A stretch of DNA of 63,649 nucleotides, counting the filler, from Folioceros fuciformis (lineage: Eukaryota), in assembly GCA_049999805.1 (NCBI GenBank). It is 26 parts of 26 records of this genome, joined end to end, with 100 filler letters (N's around TTAATTAATTAA, not from the genome) between each part and the next. Parts side by side here need not be neighbours in the genome. Positions count along the whole stretch, not along the records: positions 1 to 5,084 come from JBNGIO010002684.1; positions 5,185 to 8,606 come from JBNGIO010002686.1; positions 8,707 to 16,168 come from JBNGIO010002687.1; 23 more parts are not named here. One strand, written 5' to 3'. Below the pieces are notes generated by a model. The model was not told the origin of the DNA. It did no database searches and saw nothing but the letters and a program-made list of their open reading frames with translations. Each line of letters starts with the position of its first letter. Position 1 is the stretch's first letter. The position numbers were made by a program, and so were the translations under genes. Below, one piece after another: positions 1-12,173 of this stretch.

Positions 1-191
1 GCTAGGATAGTGATATTCCAGGTTCCTTTTGCTTACTGAGGAGAAGGATAAGAGTTGCAGCGTGTGAGTGTTTAGGAATTTTGCGTTTCACATTGATTCT
101 GTGGGTGGGGTTTTTTCTTTCTCGGAGGCTGCCTTGCAGCACTTGCTTACCTTGCTGGTGGCTGATCTCTGGCGTGCTGTCTACATGGGCA

Positions 192-1841
192 ATGCCCTCT
201 GACGAGGAGGGAGGTAGTCCACGCTATCGACTGAGGACAAGGGACGTGCCAGCCAGGGTCTTTGCAAGGAGGAGGCGACCAGCACAACGGCAACGGCTGT
301 CTCTAGGAGGAGACCCAACGGGTGCAGATCATGGTGCTGAGCAGCTACAACCTATTGCAGGCACAAGTTGGTCCTCTTTTGCTAACCGGGCCCCCGATCC
401 AGTTGCACCAGATTTTGGTGACTTGAGGCAGGATAGTGGAGGCCAGGGTGCTGACCATTCATTGGTGATTTCAACAGCACAAGGAGGACAGACTAAAGTT
501 GACCTCTCGGAGGGATCTGATACCATGGAGTCAGGACCATCAAGTAGGCACGAAAAATTCTCAGGCAGGCCTGGGACTATGTCGTTGAGAGATTACCGCC
601 TACGTGTGAGTGAGGCAATCAGCCGGGTGAAGTTCAAGCACGTTGTGTTGTACAATCACCTGCACATGGTCGAATAGCTGTCTGCCTGCATGGCTAATGA
701 GGCATTGGATTTGTACGAGGCTCACCAAGCGGATTTGACTGCCACGGTGCAAACCTTGAACCCTTTGCACTAAGGGGCGGTGCATCTAGCCTACAATGAC
801 AAGTTGCAGGCTGCCATTACAGCTCATTGACAGGCCATTGCTAATGGCACTGTTGCTGCCACTGTGCAGCCTCCTACAGTGGTGAGACCCCTCACCCTAG
901 CGGAGAGGACAACAGCAACGCAGGGAATTGATGAGTTCATCCAGACTCCCAAGCATGCTAACCCCGTGGAGGAGTTTCTGAAGATTTTGGAAAAGGCCTT
1001 TCCCCTCAAAACTCCGGAGAAAATCGCTGAGTTGGCTACTTTTGCGAGGAAGAAAGGGAAGACAGTCCAGATGTGCTTCTGTAGGCTGCAAAAGCTACGT
1101 GAGGGTACTGGCATGTTGACGGATCAGGAGGCAGCGGAGAAGTTCTTAGTTGCCCTGGAGGGTGATTCTCTTTTTCACTTCTAGCTTGTGTCCTCCTTGG
1201 TGGACAAATATGGTGATAACTACACCTTGGAGCAAGTGCATGAAGAGGCGGAGAAGAAGGAGATTGCCTACTCGGTCTTCTCCTCCAAGCATGCCAAGTC
1301 CTTCCATCACTGCAAGTCCATGTTCACCAACAAGGGGTCAACCACACATGGGGGAGCTTCCTCAAGGGCAGGACCAGCTAAGCCAGCCAAGGCAGGGGCA
1401 GTAGCTATTACAGCAGCAGCACCTACGGCAGCCTTATGCAATTACTGTGGCAGTCCAGAGCACTTGTCCACTGCATGCAAGTGTCCATCGGAGGGTTTGT
1501 TCTACACTCACTGCCAAAAGAACGGCCATGTTGTCACGGTCTGCTTCCAGAAACATTTGGAGAGACGTTATCAGAAGGCAAAGGCTGAAGCTGGTGGGAC
1601 AGCAGTGGCACTTACAGCTGCTGCAGCTGGAACAATAGGGCCTTCACGGAGCAAACAGCAACGTGACAAGGCCAAGGCCAAGAATACTACCAATGCTGAG
1701 AAGGTTGCAACTTTGAAGGCACAACTGGCAGCATTGGCCACGCAGGTGGCCAATCTCTCTAGTGCTGGAGGAGCCAAACCGGCTACAGTAGTAGAACTTG
1801 TTGCAGTACCTGAAGGAGAGGACTACGTCCTGCCACATTAG
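192..1841 (+). pseudogene. gag: gag with two CCHC zinc knuckles (interrupted by stops)
   Basis: ORF pieces 81-677, 864-1184 and 1188-1841 lie in one frame. CNYCGSPEHLSTAC is CX2CX4HX4C; YTHCQKNGHVVTVC is a degenerate second knuckle. Confidence 0.8.
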
Positions 1842-2237
1842 GTCTGCACAGCGGATAAGGCACCAAGTGATAGCCAAGAGGGACGTGTTGTGATGCCGAC
1901 CAGCTGGGTGGGGCATGTGCTCCCAAATACCACGCTGGACATTACATCAGCAGCTATTGGACCTGTCACTAGGCAACGAGGGGCGAGGGCACTGATGCCT
2001 CAATCCTATGTGCCATTGCCGCCAAGTTCTGCCATTCCAATCAGGGGGTAGAGCCATTCTTCATCCGGGTCAGAGCCAAGTGGATTAGCCCCTCAAAGGG
2101 GGCAAGACATATCACGTGCGGAAAAATTGTACTTGCTTCCACAGGCTGTCACTGCTGAACATGTGGCTAAGAGGCTCACGGAGATCCCCCTCTTCACTCT
2201 CCAGGAGCTTGGACTTACACCCAGCCGGCTGTAGCAA

Positions 2238-3227
2238 ATGATGCAGACACTAGAAGCTGTGGCCACATGCAATGAGCCCGATCCTATGGTTGCTCATGCC
2301 CGATTGTGGGAACTCCCACCAGATAGATCGTCACGTTGTGACAGCAGCCTTCAACCCATGGAGCAGCCACGAATGCATTCCGGCTTGCTGGAAGGAGTCT
2401 GCAGTGTACAGGTGGCAGGCCAAGTTGGTGACAGACCACGAGTACAGCCCACCAACAGGCTCAACACTCAGGTTAGCAACGCTGTTGTTGTTAATCGAGC
2501 AGGGCACGTGACAGTGAATGGTTACGCACCTAGGGTGGTGCTGCTTGACACACGTGCACAGCCAGTCATAATCGGCAGGGTGTTGGCAGCCAGGCTACAT
2601 CGGAAGGGTGATGCTCTTCGCACATCACCCTGGAACATCACGATTGCTTCCGGGGCAATTGAGCCAGTGTGTGGGGAAACCATCCGACCGGTGGATATTA
2701 CCCTTAACCCGGGCACGCCAGATGAGATGAACTTGTCATTGCCCTATCTTGTGACCACAGCCACCAACTATGATGTCTTGTTGGGTCAAGAATTTTTGTA
2801 CCCACCATGCATTGGCATGGACAACTGGACGGAACAGGCCTTTTACAGGCCTGATTGGAGACAGGGGGGGCTCCGTGTGGCGCATCTGCCACTGCACCTT
2901 CATGGTAAAACAGTTGCTGATGTGGTCTCGCTTGTAGCTTGCCAAATGGTTTGTGACATTCAGTCTTGCAACCTGGGCGAGCTAGTGAGGGACACTGCCC
3001 ATGTAGAACGGCAGTTGGAGTCTGCAGGTGATGAGGACACACCTGGCAATGGTAGCACTTTGTCTCAAGCCATGGCTCATCCAGACTACCCTACTGAGGT
3101 GGCTACATGTTTGCAGAATGCTAAGGCTCAATTGCAGCGTGTCCAGAGCCTTGTGGCTACAGGGTTGGTGCATCCCACACAGGACAAGCTGCTGAACTGC
3201 ACTGTGATCACGTGGGCACCCTCTTAG
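2238..3227 (+). pseudogene. pol N-terminal part containing a retropepsin-type aspartic protease
   Basis: VVLLDTRAQPVIIG (degenerate D-T-G-A active site) and NYDVLLGQEFL (C-terminal LLG motif). Confidence 0.8.
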
Positions 3228-4200
3228 CCTGAACTAATGGTGGTAGAGCTGTTTGGGGTATCTGCACCGGGCTGGAGGCTTTGCTAATGACGGGGCTCAC
3301 TATCCGGCGTTATGTCTATTGTGACAAGGACCCAATAGCCAGGGACATTGTAGCCTTCAGACTGCTTGGGTTGCAACAACCCTTTCCACAGCAACTACCC
3401 CCAGAGGCCACTCACAACGTTTTTACGGCCTACCCACAGGATGTGCAGTACATCCAACAAGCCCACATCCATGCTTTGGGACCTGTGGACATGGTCATCG
3501 CTGGCTGGGAATGCCAGGGGTTTTCCAGGGCAGGCCGTGGCCAAGGCTTAGAAGATGCACGTTCAGGCCTCTTTCGGGACTTGCACTAGGTGCTCGCATG
3601 GGCTGAGCAAGATAATCCACACTGTGCTTATCTCTTGGAAAACACACCTGCTCAGCTAGACTCACGCCTACATGTGCAACAGGACATGGTGATTGTGCAG
3701 CATTATGTGGTCTCCCCATTCCTTATGGATGCTGCCCAGGTGGGTAGCTATGCCCATATGCTACACAATTATTGGACAAACCTTGTCTCGCTTTCGGTTG
3801 CGAAGCTAGCCTTACGAGGCACCACCAGGGATCCCCACTTGCACCTGCAGCTGGTCTTGGAACCACATCATCAGCCCAAGCTAGTCACTGCTAGTGAGCG
3901 TGCACCTTGGTTCCCTACCAATGTGCCAGGGCAGCCGAGACAGACGTTGCCCACGCTCGTGAGTTTTCCATGCTCTTTTGCATACAGAGCTCAAGGCAAT
4001 GGCATGCTCCTTAACACTACCACTCAGCAATGGGAGGAACCTGGAGTAGAGGAGCGAGAGTGCCTGATGGGTTTCCAGACAGGCTCTACAATAGCACCTC
4101 AAGTCACTCGACCCCAGCGTGCTGCAGCCATAGGTAGAGCCATGGACCTTCACGCCATTACTTGGCTGGTCGGCCTCTGTCTCGCCTTTCAATTGCACGC
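3228..4200 (+). pseudogene. C5-cytosine DNA methyltransferase domain within the retrotransposon pol
   Basis: Motif I VVELFG(G)ICTG, broken by a 1-bp loss in the G run at 3255-3258. Motif IV VDMVIAGWECQGFS with the catalytic Cys at 3512-3514. Also GLEDARSGLF, motif VI LLENT (3638), motif VIII DAAQVGSYAHMLHNYWTN, motif IX EERECLMGF and motif X QRAAAIGRAMD. Internal TAG at 3587-3589. Confidence 0.9.
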
Positions 4201-4422
4201 CAAGTTTGCAGTTGTAGCCCTCCCTAGCTTGCTGGCCAGTATGTGCCCAGCAGATGCTGTCCATTTTCCCTTTCCTGGCTACACTCATCTGCCCTTTTGG
4301 CTGGATGCTGGGGGGGTGGAGCAGCCTACATGGGGAAACAGGTCCGTTTTTTCCGCATCTGACCACAAGGGAAGTGAGCATGGAGCATCAACTAAGGTCA
4401 CAGTGATAATTTCCCTTGGAAG

Positions 4423-5084
4423 ATGGGGGATGAGCTCACAGACCTACAGAAGCAGAGGATTTACGTGCTACTGCTGAAGTATCGAGACTGCTTCGCCTTC
4501 TCAATGAAGGAGCTGAAGAGGTGCAATGTGTTGACCTTTAGGATCAACCTTACCACCTCAGAGCCCATCTACAGGAGAAGGTACCATCTCAGCAAGACAA
4601 AATGGGACGCCCGTTGCAGGGAATTGCTGGCAGCAGGGTTGATCAGGCCCTCCAGCAGTGACTATGCTGCTGCCACCATGATGCCGCCCAAGAAGGATAG
4701 CCAAGGGCTGTGAACTGAGAAGAGGATGTGCGGGGACTATCATCCCATAAATGCAGCAAGAGCACAAGATCGGTACCCAATGCCGACCCCTGAAGAATTT
4801 TTTTACCGCATTGGGCAGTCAGTCTTCTTCTCCACACTTGACCTACGCTAAGGATTCAACCAGGTGAGGAGGATATCAAGAAGACCGCCTTCCATGGATC
4901 TCAGCAGCTGTGGGAGCAGCTGGTGATGCCTTTTGGATTTAAAAATGCACCAGTCACCTTCCAGAGGGTAATGGATCTTGTGCTAGTAGGTGCAGCATAT
5001 TTGATGTGCTACATTGACGATGTCCTTGTGCACAACGAGGATTTTGAGCAGCACTTGGCACATCTAGAGGATCTGTTCCTTAGG
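4423..5084 (+). pseudogene. Ty3/Gypsy reverse transcriptase (partial, disrupted)
   Basis: LLAAGLIRPSSS, RMCGDYHPIN, DRYPMP, FSTLDL, MPFGFKNAPVTFQRVMD and CYIDDVLV. Confidence 0.93.
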
Positions 5085-5184
5085 NNNNNNNNNNNNNNNN
5101 NNNNNNNNNNNNNNNNNNNNNNNNNNNNTTAATTAATTAANNNNNNNNNNNNNNNNNNNNNNNNNNNNNNNNNNNNNNNNNNNN
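5085..5184. other. Artificial contig linker (44 N + TTAATTAATTAA + 44 N); first of 25
   Basis: Identical 100-bp spacer with a stop in all six frames. Others start at 8607, 16169, 19901, 22613, 26195, 28204, 30813, 34311, 35603, 37281, 38873, 40106, 41404, 44174, 46145, 48866, 50315, 53261, 54578, 56584, 57766, 59783, 60999 and 62337. Confidence 0.99.
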
Positions 5185-6216
5185 CTGCAGCCAGGTTGCA
5201 AAGTTCAAATGGGTTCAAGTTGAGCGACATGGTTTTGTATTCAGGAACTTGGGCATAACAGGGGCTACAACGTAAAGCTTGGAGTGTGGAATCTGCAGCG
5301 TTAAGAATGGCTGTTACAATCAGATTAGGCATGATCTATATATGCCATGTTCATAATGATTTCCGTTTGGAGCAAGGAGCACGTTTCACGGTTTTATTAG
5401 TAAGACAACGTTTTTTTTTGTTCTTCGAAAGTTTTCCCCTTCTGATTATTGCAACGAAGAGGGAGTAAAGGAATTAATATTAATTTACATTTAGTTTAAA
5501 TACATTTTAGTAGTTTTATGATTAGTTATAACAGACAACTCAACTCTTGTATATATGTACCATTTTTGCTGAATTTAGATAACCGTTTTTTCCTTTTCCT
5601 TTGCGCTCACGCTCATCGCCATCCCACGCGCTTATGCCCCTTGCATTTCTGGATTGCGTTAAAAATGAGGTGACTAAGAAGACTAGCAACAACTGACAAT
5701 TGCAACTAAGTGGGGGTGCAAAGTAAAGCATAGAAATAGTCTAGCGTGAGCAATCAATAGTTAAGTCAAGTTGATTAAGTTAGCGCTAGGGTTAATTAGT
5801 CCATTATGAAAAGACACACAAGTATTGAAAACCTAACTGCCATTGTATATGGCATACACATAGACTTTGTAAGTGTGCATATTTTTTTCAACGTAGTATG
5901 CTTCTTCCAACTTTGCATTTAGACGGAGTGGCGAGAGAGAGAGGGAGGGGCGTTGGGGCGTAAGGGTCGGCGTGTGCCAACATAAGAGTTTACGCTACCA
6001 TCGCTGGCATGCTTGAAACCGTTCAAAGACAGTTACGTTGGCTTCTCTTCAGGATGACAAGGGCAAGCAAATTCGGGATGATCATGGCATGTGTAAATCC
6101 ATTCGCCAAGTGGCCCCCATAGGTCCGACATGCCTTCTACTCCGAAGAACTTAGGCTTACCGGAATAAACTATTATTACCCAAAAAACAACAACAAATAT
6201 CCCATCCACTCCATTT

Positions 6217-6468
6217 ATGAGTTTGACAGGCGACCGAAGGGCTACTTCGATCATTATTTTTGGGGCTGACAATTCCCCTCTCCCACCTATACCTGTAATA
6301 CCACAGCCCACTTACAATATTAAATTTAAGGAGCGGGGCTACCTCAATGGCACGAAGTTCGAAAGTTGGCAGGTGCGGATGATAGCTGCCCTGCAAGCTC
6401 AACATGTTTGGGGCATTGTTGGTGGTACAATTCCAAAGCTCAATGCAATGGCCACACAAGAAGAATGA
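6217..6468 (+). pseudogene. Ty1/Copia gag N-terminal fragment
   Basis: LNGTKFESWQVRMIAALQAQHVWGIVGG matches the typical Copia gag N-terminus (L.G.N+..W..RM...L....LW.+V.G). Confidence 0.7.
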
Positions 6469-7895
6469 ATGTTGAGCAATGAATTCATAGTCCTACTCAA
6501 ATTCATGTCGAGCAATGAATTCACAGTCATGCTTCGCTGGTATCAGTCTTTACGTGTGAGAACCAGCTGAGACTTCAGCCATGAACTGCAAGTGCTTGGT
6601 CTCCTCCTGCTCTATGCCTCAAAACTCCGCAGTATAGTGCTTGTTGGAGCGTGCCCAATAGAAACCTCTTGAAAACAGGTGTGCAGCACTCATTCTCCTC
6701 TTGTTCACTCTTAGCATTATTTTGAGAGAGCAACTGGAGAGACCAAGATGTCGTCCTCTGAGGATGTAAAGGCGACTCGGTGCTATGTGAGGGATACCTT
6801 GGGCCGCTTTGCCCGTGCAAAGGGAGCTCCTAAGACAACTGCCTCAAGTCTTGGCGGGAGGTTTGAAGCCGGAACAAGTTCTCCCCTGCCAAAGGAAGAC
6901 CTCAGGCATCCAAGGGTCTCCTTCAACACTTTGCCTAATGTGAAGACAGGATTGTTGAGGATATGGGAGCCCGCACACGTCCTCCATCAGCTGCAAGACA
7001 CAGAGCTGCAAGCAAGCGACTGACTGAACATAAGCTTCCTGTTTTTACTGATTCAGGTCCAATCGCGATGTGGGAGGAAGGCAAGGGAAGGCCTCTTGTT
7101 CCCCTCAGGTTCACAAGAGGTAGCCTCAAGCGGGATACCAGAATCATTGGTCTGGGAACTATTATGACACCAAACTCTCCCCTTTGGTATAGGTGCACTT
7201 TGTCCACAATTGTGATGGAGAGGATTAGGGTGTGCAAGAGTGACAAATTTCTGGGCCATGTGATCAGCTACTATCGTAAGTCCAACCTTCCATGTGTGTT
7301 TCCCGCTCTCTACTCCCACTGGTTCTTAAAGGGGTTTGCTATCGACATGTTACTCACACTACAGGTTCTGTGCACAAGATCATGGAAGACAGAGTGCTCA
7401 ATGAGGACTACATCCAGCTGTCCTCCAGTACTAATAATGACTCTGACAACCCGAAGAAAACCTCAGAAGTAGTGTATGTGTCTGACAGTGAATATGACAA
7501 TGAGTATTAGGTGGGTCTTGTAAGCAGCATAGTTTAGGTTGGATCAGCTAGGAAAGCTTCTAAATCCCCTAGTCCAAGACCCTTTACGTGTTTTTCATGT
7601 AGCTCTTGTCCAAGAGCTTTGGTTAAAACATCTACTGGATTGTCTTGTGTGGAAATATATTAGAGTTCGATTGTTCTTGCTGATACTAACTCACGAATGT
7701 AGTGATATTTGACTTCCACATGTTTCATCATTGAGTGGAAGACTAGATTCTTAGCAAGAGCAATCGAGCCTTGGTTGTTTGTGTTTATAGTTGTGCAAGT
7801 TGGAATGTCGATCCCCATTTTTGAAAACAGGAGCTTGCACCAAACTATTTCCTTAGCTGCTGCTGTCAGTACTCAATATTCAGCTTCAGTGCTGG

Positions 7896-8606
7896 TGTGG
7901 AGGCAAAACCCCGGGCACTCATTGCCGGCGGGTTCCACCTTTAGTGGCCACACTTATCCCACTGTCGTTGAGACATTGGGTTTCGTTCCCACGAAGGAGC
8001 GATGGGGTTCCTTGCTGCTGTGGATGGAGGGTCGGACTTGATCGACTCGATGATGGATTCGAGGGCTCCCCTCCAGCTCCGATCAGGCGTAGGACAGGCC
8101 TCGTTGTCCGGCGATCAGCTGCACCTCTCTCGGTGCCCACAAACTCACTCCAGTCACTACAACGACCCTAACCTCTCAGATCTGCGTCTTCCCTCACACA
8201 CTTCACTCACTCTCTCACTCCAGCACAAACACCAGCAACTACCAGCAACCAGCAACGACACCACTACCTTCTACACTTCCCTACTGACTCCTCCTACCCG
8301 GCAAGAGTCACTAGACTAACCCCAAAGACAAGAAAGAAGGGAACACACTCCCCTCTTGGGTATCTCCTCCCCACAACCTTACCAGACGCCATGAGACATG
8401 GCCGGCCTACATCACTTGTCCAAACAAGGAACAAGAGTGGACAGGTCGAGAGAAAGACACATCCTTTACAATCAAGAGCTAGGTGCAAGCCCCTTCACCC
8501 TGGTCATTACACCTCGTGATCCTACCAGACACTGTACAGCCGGCAACACGCTGCCCGCCATCCTACCAGACACTGTACAGCCGGCAACACGCGGCTTGCG
8601 ATCCTA
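7896..8606. mobile_element. Repeat family C (probable LTR end beginning TGTGGAGGCAAAACC), copy 1
   Basis: Near-identical copies begin at the same TG terminus at 7896, 21760, 29460 and 53206, each with unrelated flanking sequence. Confidence 0.85.
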
Positions 8607-10128
8607 NNNNNNNNNNNNNNNNNNNNNNNNNNNNNNNNNNNNNNNNNNNNTTAATTAATTAANNNNNNNNNNNNNNNNNNNNNNNNNNNNNNNNNNNNNN
8701 NNNNNNTAGTAAATCCTATTACAATTTGGGTGTGGTAACATGCTCCTTCCCAAGCCATGTGAAAGTATAAAAAAAACTGGATAGGATTTCAACTGCCAAG
8801 ATAGATAGTTATAGGATTTCGGGGGCTTAAGACCATCATAATATAAGAAAAAATAATAAATATTAAACCAAGTTAAAAAGAAAATATGAAAAATATTTTT
8901 TTACTTCATACACTCCTATATACATAAATATGTATGTACTTATAGCATTATAAAACGCCCTATCCACTCTGACACGCTCCCTTCTTCTTGCTCTCTTGGT
9001 CCTTTCCTTCTTGCGCCTTGCTTCCTCTTGCTCTCTCCTTCCACCCTCCTTGCTCTCTCCTTCTACACTTCCTTCCTTTCTCCTTTCTCTCTCCTTCTAC
9101 CCCTCGTCCTTGCTTCTTCTTCTTGCTCCTTGCTCTTTCATTCCATCCTTCCTCCCTTGCTTCTTCTTGCTCCTTGCTCGTTCCTTCCACCTTTGCTTTG
9201 AGCCCCCTTGCTCCCTCCTCTTTTTCTTGCTTTGGGCCCATCTAAGTCATGCATTATGATTGGATAAGTTAGATATTTATATTATTTATGCTATTTTAAC
9301 CATAATATATATAATTAAAAATAATATTTATAGAAAAATAACATTTAGTCTTCCTCCCAACAACTAGGGAGTACCTAAATCTCTAACATTTATATAGGTA
9401 TAACATTTAGGGAGGTCACATTTATATAAGGTTGACTATAGGTACATATATAAATAAATATTAATACATATTTTAATATATTTTATTTATTATGTATGAA
9501 GAATATATGTTCGTATTACAAAATCAAATAAGAATGAAAATTATCATATCTATAAACCCAACTGTCAGAATATGAAAGAATATCATCATATTTTATTTAA
9601 AATGAATAAATTATAATTTTATAAAAATTATATTAAAAATTATTTAACGTTATCATGTAAAAAATCCAAGAATCCCATTATATTGAGTGAGAAAAAAGAT
9701 CACCATACTATTTTGACATAATCAATTGAGGAGTCGCACGAAATAGATGGTGCCATAATGTCTATCTTGTGCTTCCCCAAAATACTCCCTTGTATGAAAA
9801 GATCCAGTGGATTGCCTACAATTTATTACTGACAAGTTACCACTTAATCGGGCAATTGTGCTTGCATGGATATGCATGCATGGTAAGGGAGCAAAACCAC
9901 AGACAACGGCACACCGGCAGTATGGGTGGCCCGATGGCCATGCTGGCATGGAACCAATTTGCAGGCTGGCAGCCTCGCCAAAGATGTCGGACGAATCGTC
10001 AAATGCGGGAACAGCACCTGGTCCGTATTGCGTCGCCAAATTTCAGCTGTCAGCGACAGCCAACCAAGTCCTTTGAAAGTTAGCACAGCGGATGGTCGAT
10101 AATCAGCCGTCTACACCGTTTTACGTAA

Positions 10129-10200
10129 TCCGTAATAGTCTAGTGGTTAGGATACCTGGCTCTCACCCAGGCGACTTGGGTTCGAGCCCCGGTTACGGAA
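10129..10200 (+). tRNA. tRNA-Glu(CTC)
   Basis: 72-nt cloverleaf: acceptor TCCGTAA/TTACGGA, anticodon arm CCTGG-CT-CTC-AC-CCAGG, T loop TTCGAGC. The T stem has two G-U pairs. Confidence 0.88.
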
Positions 10201-10344
10201 TTGTCACATAAGCTCTCCCTCTTAGCTGCTGAGGGACAAGCCTACGCTGGACGGAAATTGTCTAGCCAATGTGATAGGCAGGTGTATACATACATGTCAC
10301 CACTGACTGCTGTGCCCTTTGAACTTCCGGATTTTGGTTGGGTC

Positions 10345-10872
10345 TAGGCGACTCAGCATGGTGTTGTATATGCAGCCGGAATGCCATGCCGCGCCCCCAG
10401 TATTGGACCATTTCCAACAATCACGTTTCTTCCTCGCTCTGCTGGGAATGAATGTCACCTGGCCTGGAATTCAATGTCTTTCCTTGTCAGGGTCTGTCAC
10501 GTCCGGGCCCTCACCGTGCCTTCTGTGAGTGAGACTCCGTGCAAAGTCTCTCGATTCTCCGAACTCAACCTTGAGAGCGTGTGCGAGGTGCGAGGGCGCC
10601 AGATGAGATGAGCCCAGCTGAATATCACAGGCCGGCATTTCTGTCCAGAGTCAGGTGCAGTGTCACAAAACTAATGCTCAGCAGCAGCAAACACTTCGTC
10701 GTCATAGCCACTGCCGCCCATGCCGGCCGCGGGATATCGATCAATCTGTGAGATCAGATCCAAGCTGATGCAGGCCCGTGACTCGGCAGTCCCCGACCCC
10801 ACGCCTCCAAGCCTCCATGGGTTCCATCGAGGACACACTTTCACCCGTCTGCGGCTGAAGACATCAACACAG
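10345..10872 (+). repeat. Diverged local duplicate of about 13210-13762
   Basis: Collinear matches, e.g. AGGCGACTCAGCA.GGTGT.GTATATGCAGCC, CCTCGCTCTGCTGGGAATGAATGTCACCTGGCCTGGAA, and CAGCAAACACTTCGTC. Confidence 0.85.
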
Positions 10873-10980
10873 TGTGCAGAGCGCACTCAAAGACATGATG
10901 ATCACAGGATTGAAACTCCATCGTGGAGCAGCGTCCTCCAAAAGCGGCCATGGTATCGGAATACGCAGGGCACAGCCCAT
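10873..10980 (-). pseudogene. Degenerate fragment of translocator exon 6
   Basis: GTGCAGAGCGCACTCAAAGACATGATGATCACAGGATTGAAACTCCATCGTGGAGCAGCGTCC aligns to about 14470-14582. Confidence 0.8.
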
Positions 10981-11269
10981 TCCCACGACACATAAAATTA
11001 GTGGTCCATGCAAAAAACTACTCTGCATGGGCATTAAGGATGCAATACTAGTGCGCCGGCCGTGGTGGCAGTATCGCTGGCCTACAGCGCAATGCCATGC
11101 TGGGATTAACGTGTTTAGTGGACCAGCTTGCATCGCCAACGTTGGCTGTCTAACAAATGACGATGTGGGCACATCACCAAATTGATCGGGGACAACCACC
11201 CAAGTGCTTCCATGCACAGTAAATTAACTTTGAGAGAGAGTTTCCTTAATCGAGCAAATTACTGCGTAA

Positions 11270-11341
11270 TCCGTAATAGTCTAGTGGTTAGGATACCTGG
11301 CTTTCACCCAGGCGACTCGGGTTCGAACCCCGGTTACGGAA
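11270..11341 (+). tRNA. tRNA-Glu(TTC)
   Basis: 72-nt cloverleaf with anticodon TTC; differs from the next two copies by one C>T change in the T stem. Confidence 0.93.
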
Positions 11342-11721
11342 CGGACCGAACCTGCCTTTCAAACGTGCAGTACATGCAAAACTCCTGGCGGTAGTGCAAT
11401 AAAAAATCATCCCACGCTTCCCACCTCTCGTGGTTTTCCACTTGAAAAGTCTTTTTGCATGGGTTTACTACCTATTCTATAGTAACAACCTCTTCTAACA
11501 GACGACCGAAAGGCTCCTAATAAAAATTGGAAGCGCGAGCCCTGACACACAAAGTCTGTACCTTAACCTGGTGAGGAAGGGTGTACAAGGTATAACCTGC
11601 CCCACAAACGACGATGTGGGGCAGTCCGCTAAATTCATAGGGGACAACCAATCAAGTGCTTCCTTGTACAGTAAATTACGTTTGGCGCCGATTTTGCTTA
11701 ATCAAATAGATTATTGTGTAA

Positions 11722-11793
11722 TCCGTAATAGTCTAGTGGTTAGGATACCTGGCTTTCACCCAGGCGACCCGGGTTCGAACCCCGGTTACGGAA
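11722..11793 (+). tRNA. tRNA-Glu(TTC)
   Basis: TCCGTAATAGTCTAGTGGTTAGGATACCTGGCTTTCACCCAGGCGACCCGGGTTCGAACCCCGGTTACGGAA, with intact stems and A/B boxes. Confidence 0.95.
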
Positions 11794-12173
11794 TGGAGCA
11801 GGCCAGCTGCTCGATCATAAACTACATTCACAACTCCTGGCGGTAATGCTTTAGAATATCCTCCTACGCCTTCCACCTCACCTCTCGTGGGTTTCCACTT
11901 GAAAAATCGTTTTGCTTGGGTTTATTATCGATTCTAGAGTAACAACCTCTTCTAACATACGAAAGGCTCCTAACAGAAATTTGAAACGGATCCAAGCGCG
12001 AGCCCTGACACACAAAGTTTGTACCTTTACCTCGTGCACAAGTATAACCTGCCCCACAAACAACGGTGTGGGGCACTCCACTAAATACATAGGGAACAAC
12101 CAATCAAGTGCTTCCATGTACAGTAAATTAAGTTTCGCCCCAATTTTCCTTAATCACAAGAGGAGGTATGTAA

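Larger units (their letters stand above)
1..5084 (+). mobile_element. Degenerate Ty3/Gypsy LTR retrotransposon: gag - protease - C5 DNA methyltransferase - RT (truncated by the contig end)
   Basis: Collinear plus-strand domains: CCHC knuckles, aspartic protease, DNMT motifs I-X and a Gypsy-type RT. Interrupted by several stops and frameshifts. Confidence 0.92.

Noticed and set aside
3228-4200. Bacterial restriction-modification methyltransferase or host DRM/CMT/MET1 gene
   Set aside because: It is embedded in Gypsy pol between protease and RT, with no cognate endonuclease, introns, or BAH/chromo/UBA domains.
5085-5184. Regularly recurring TTAATTAATTAA motif as a biological repeat
   Set aside because: Always centred in 44+44 N, so it is an assembly linker. 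ORFs ending in X...LIN are artefacts of it.
7944-8319. Recurrent small ORFs in family C (e.g. WVSFPRRSDGVPCCCGWRVG)
   Set aside because: They recur only because the repeat copies are recent, no domain is recognisable, and indels break the frames between copies.
8960-9259. ORFs in the CT-rich tract
   Set aside because: Low-complexity polypyrimidine sequence.
9250-9720. AT-rich tract as RIP or organellar DNA
   Set aside because: It contains ordinary CA/TG dinucleotides and is contiguous with the plant tRNA/translocator locus.
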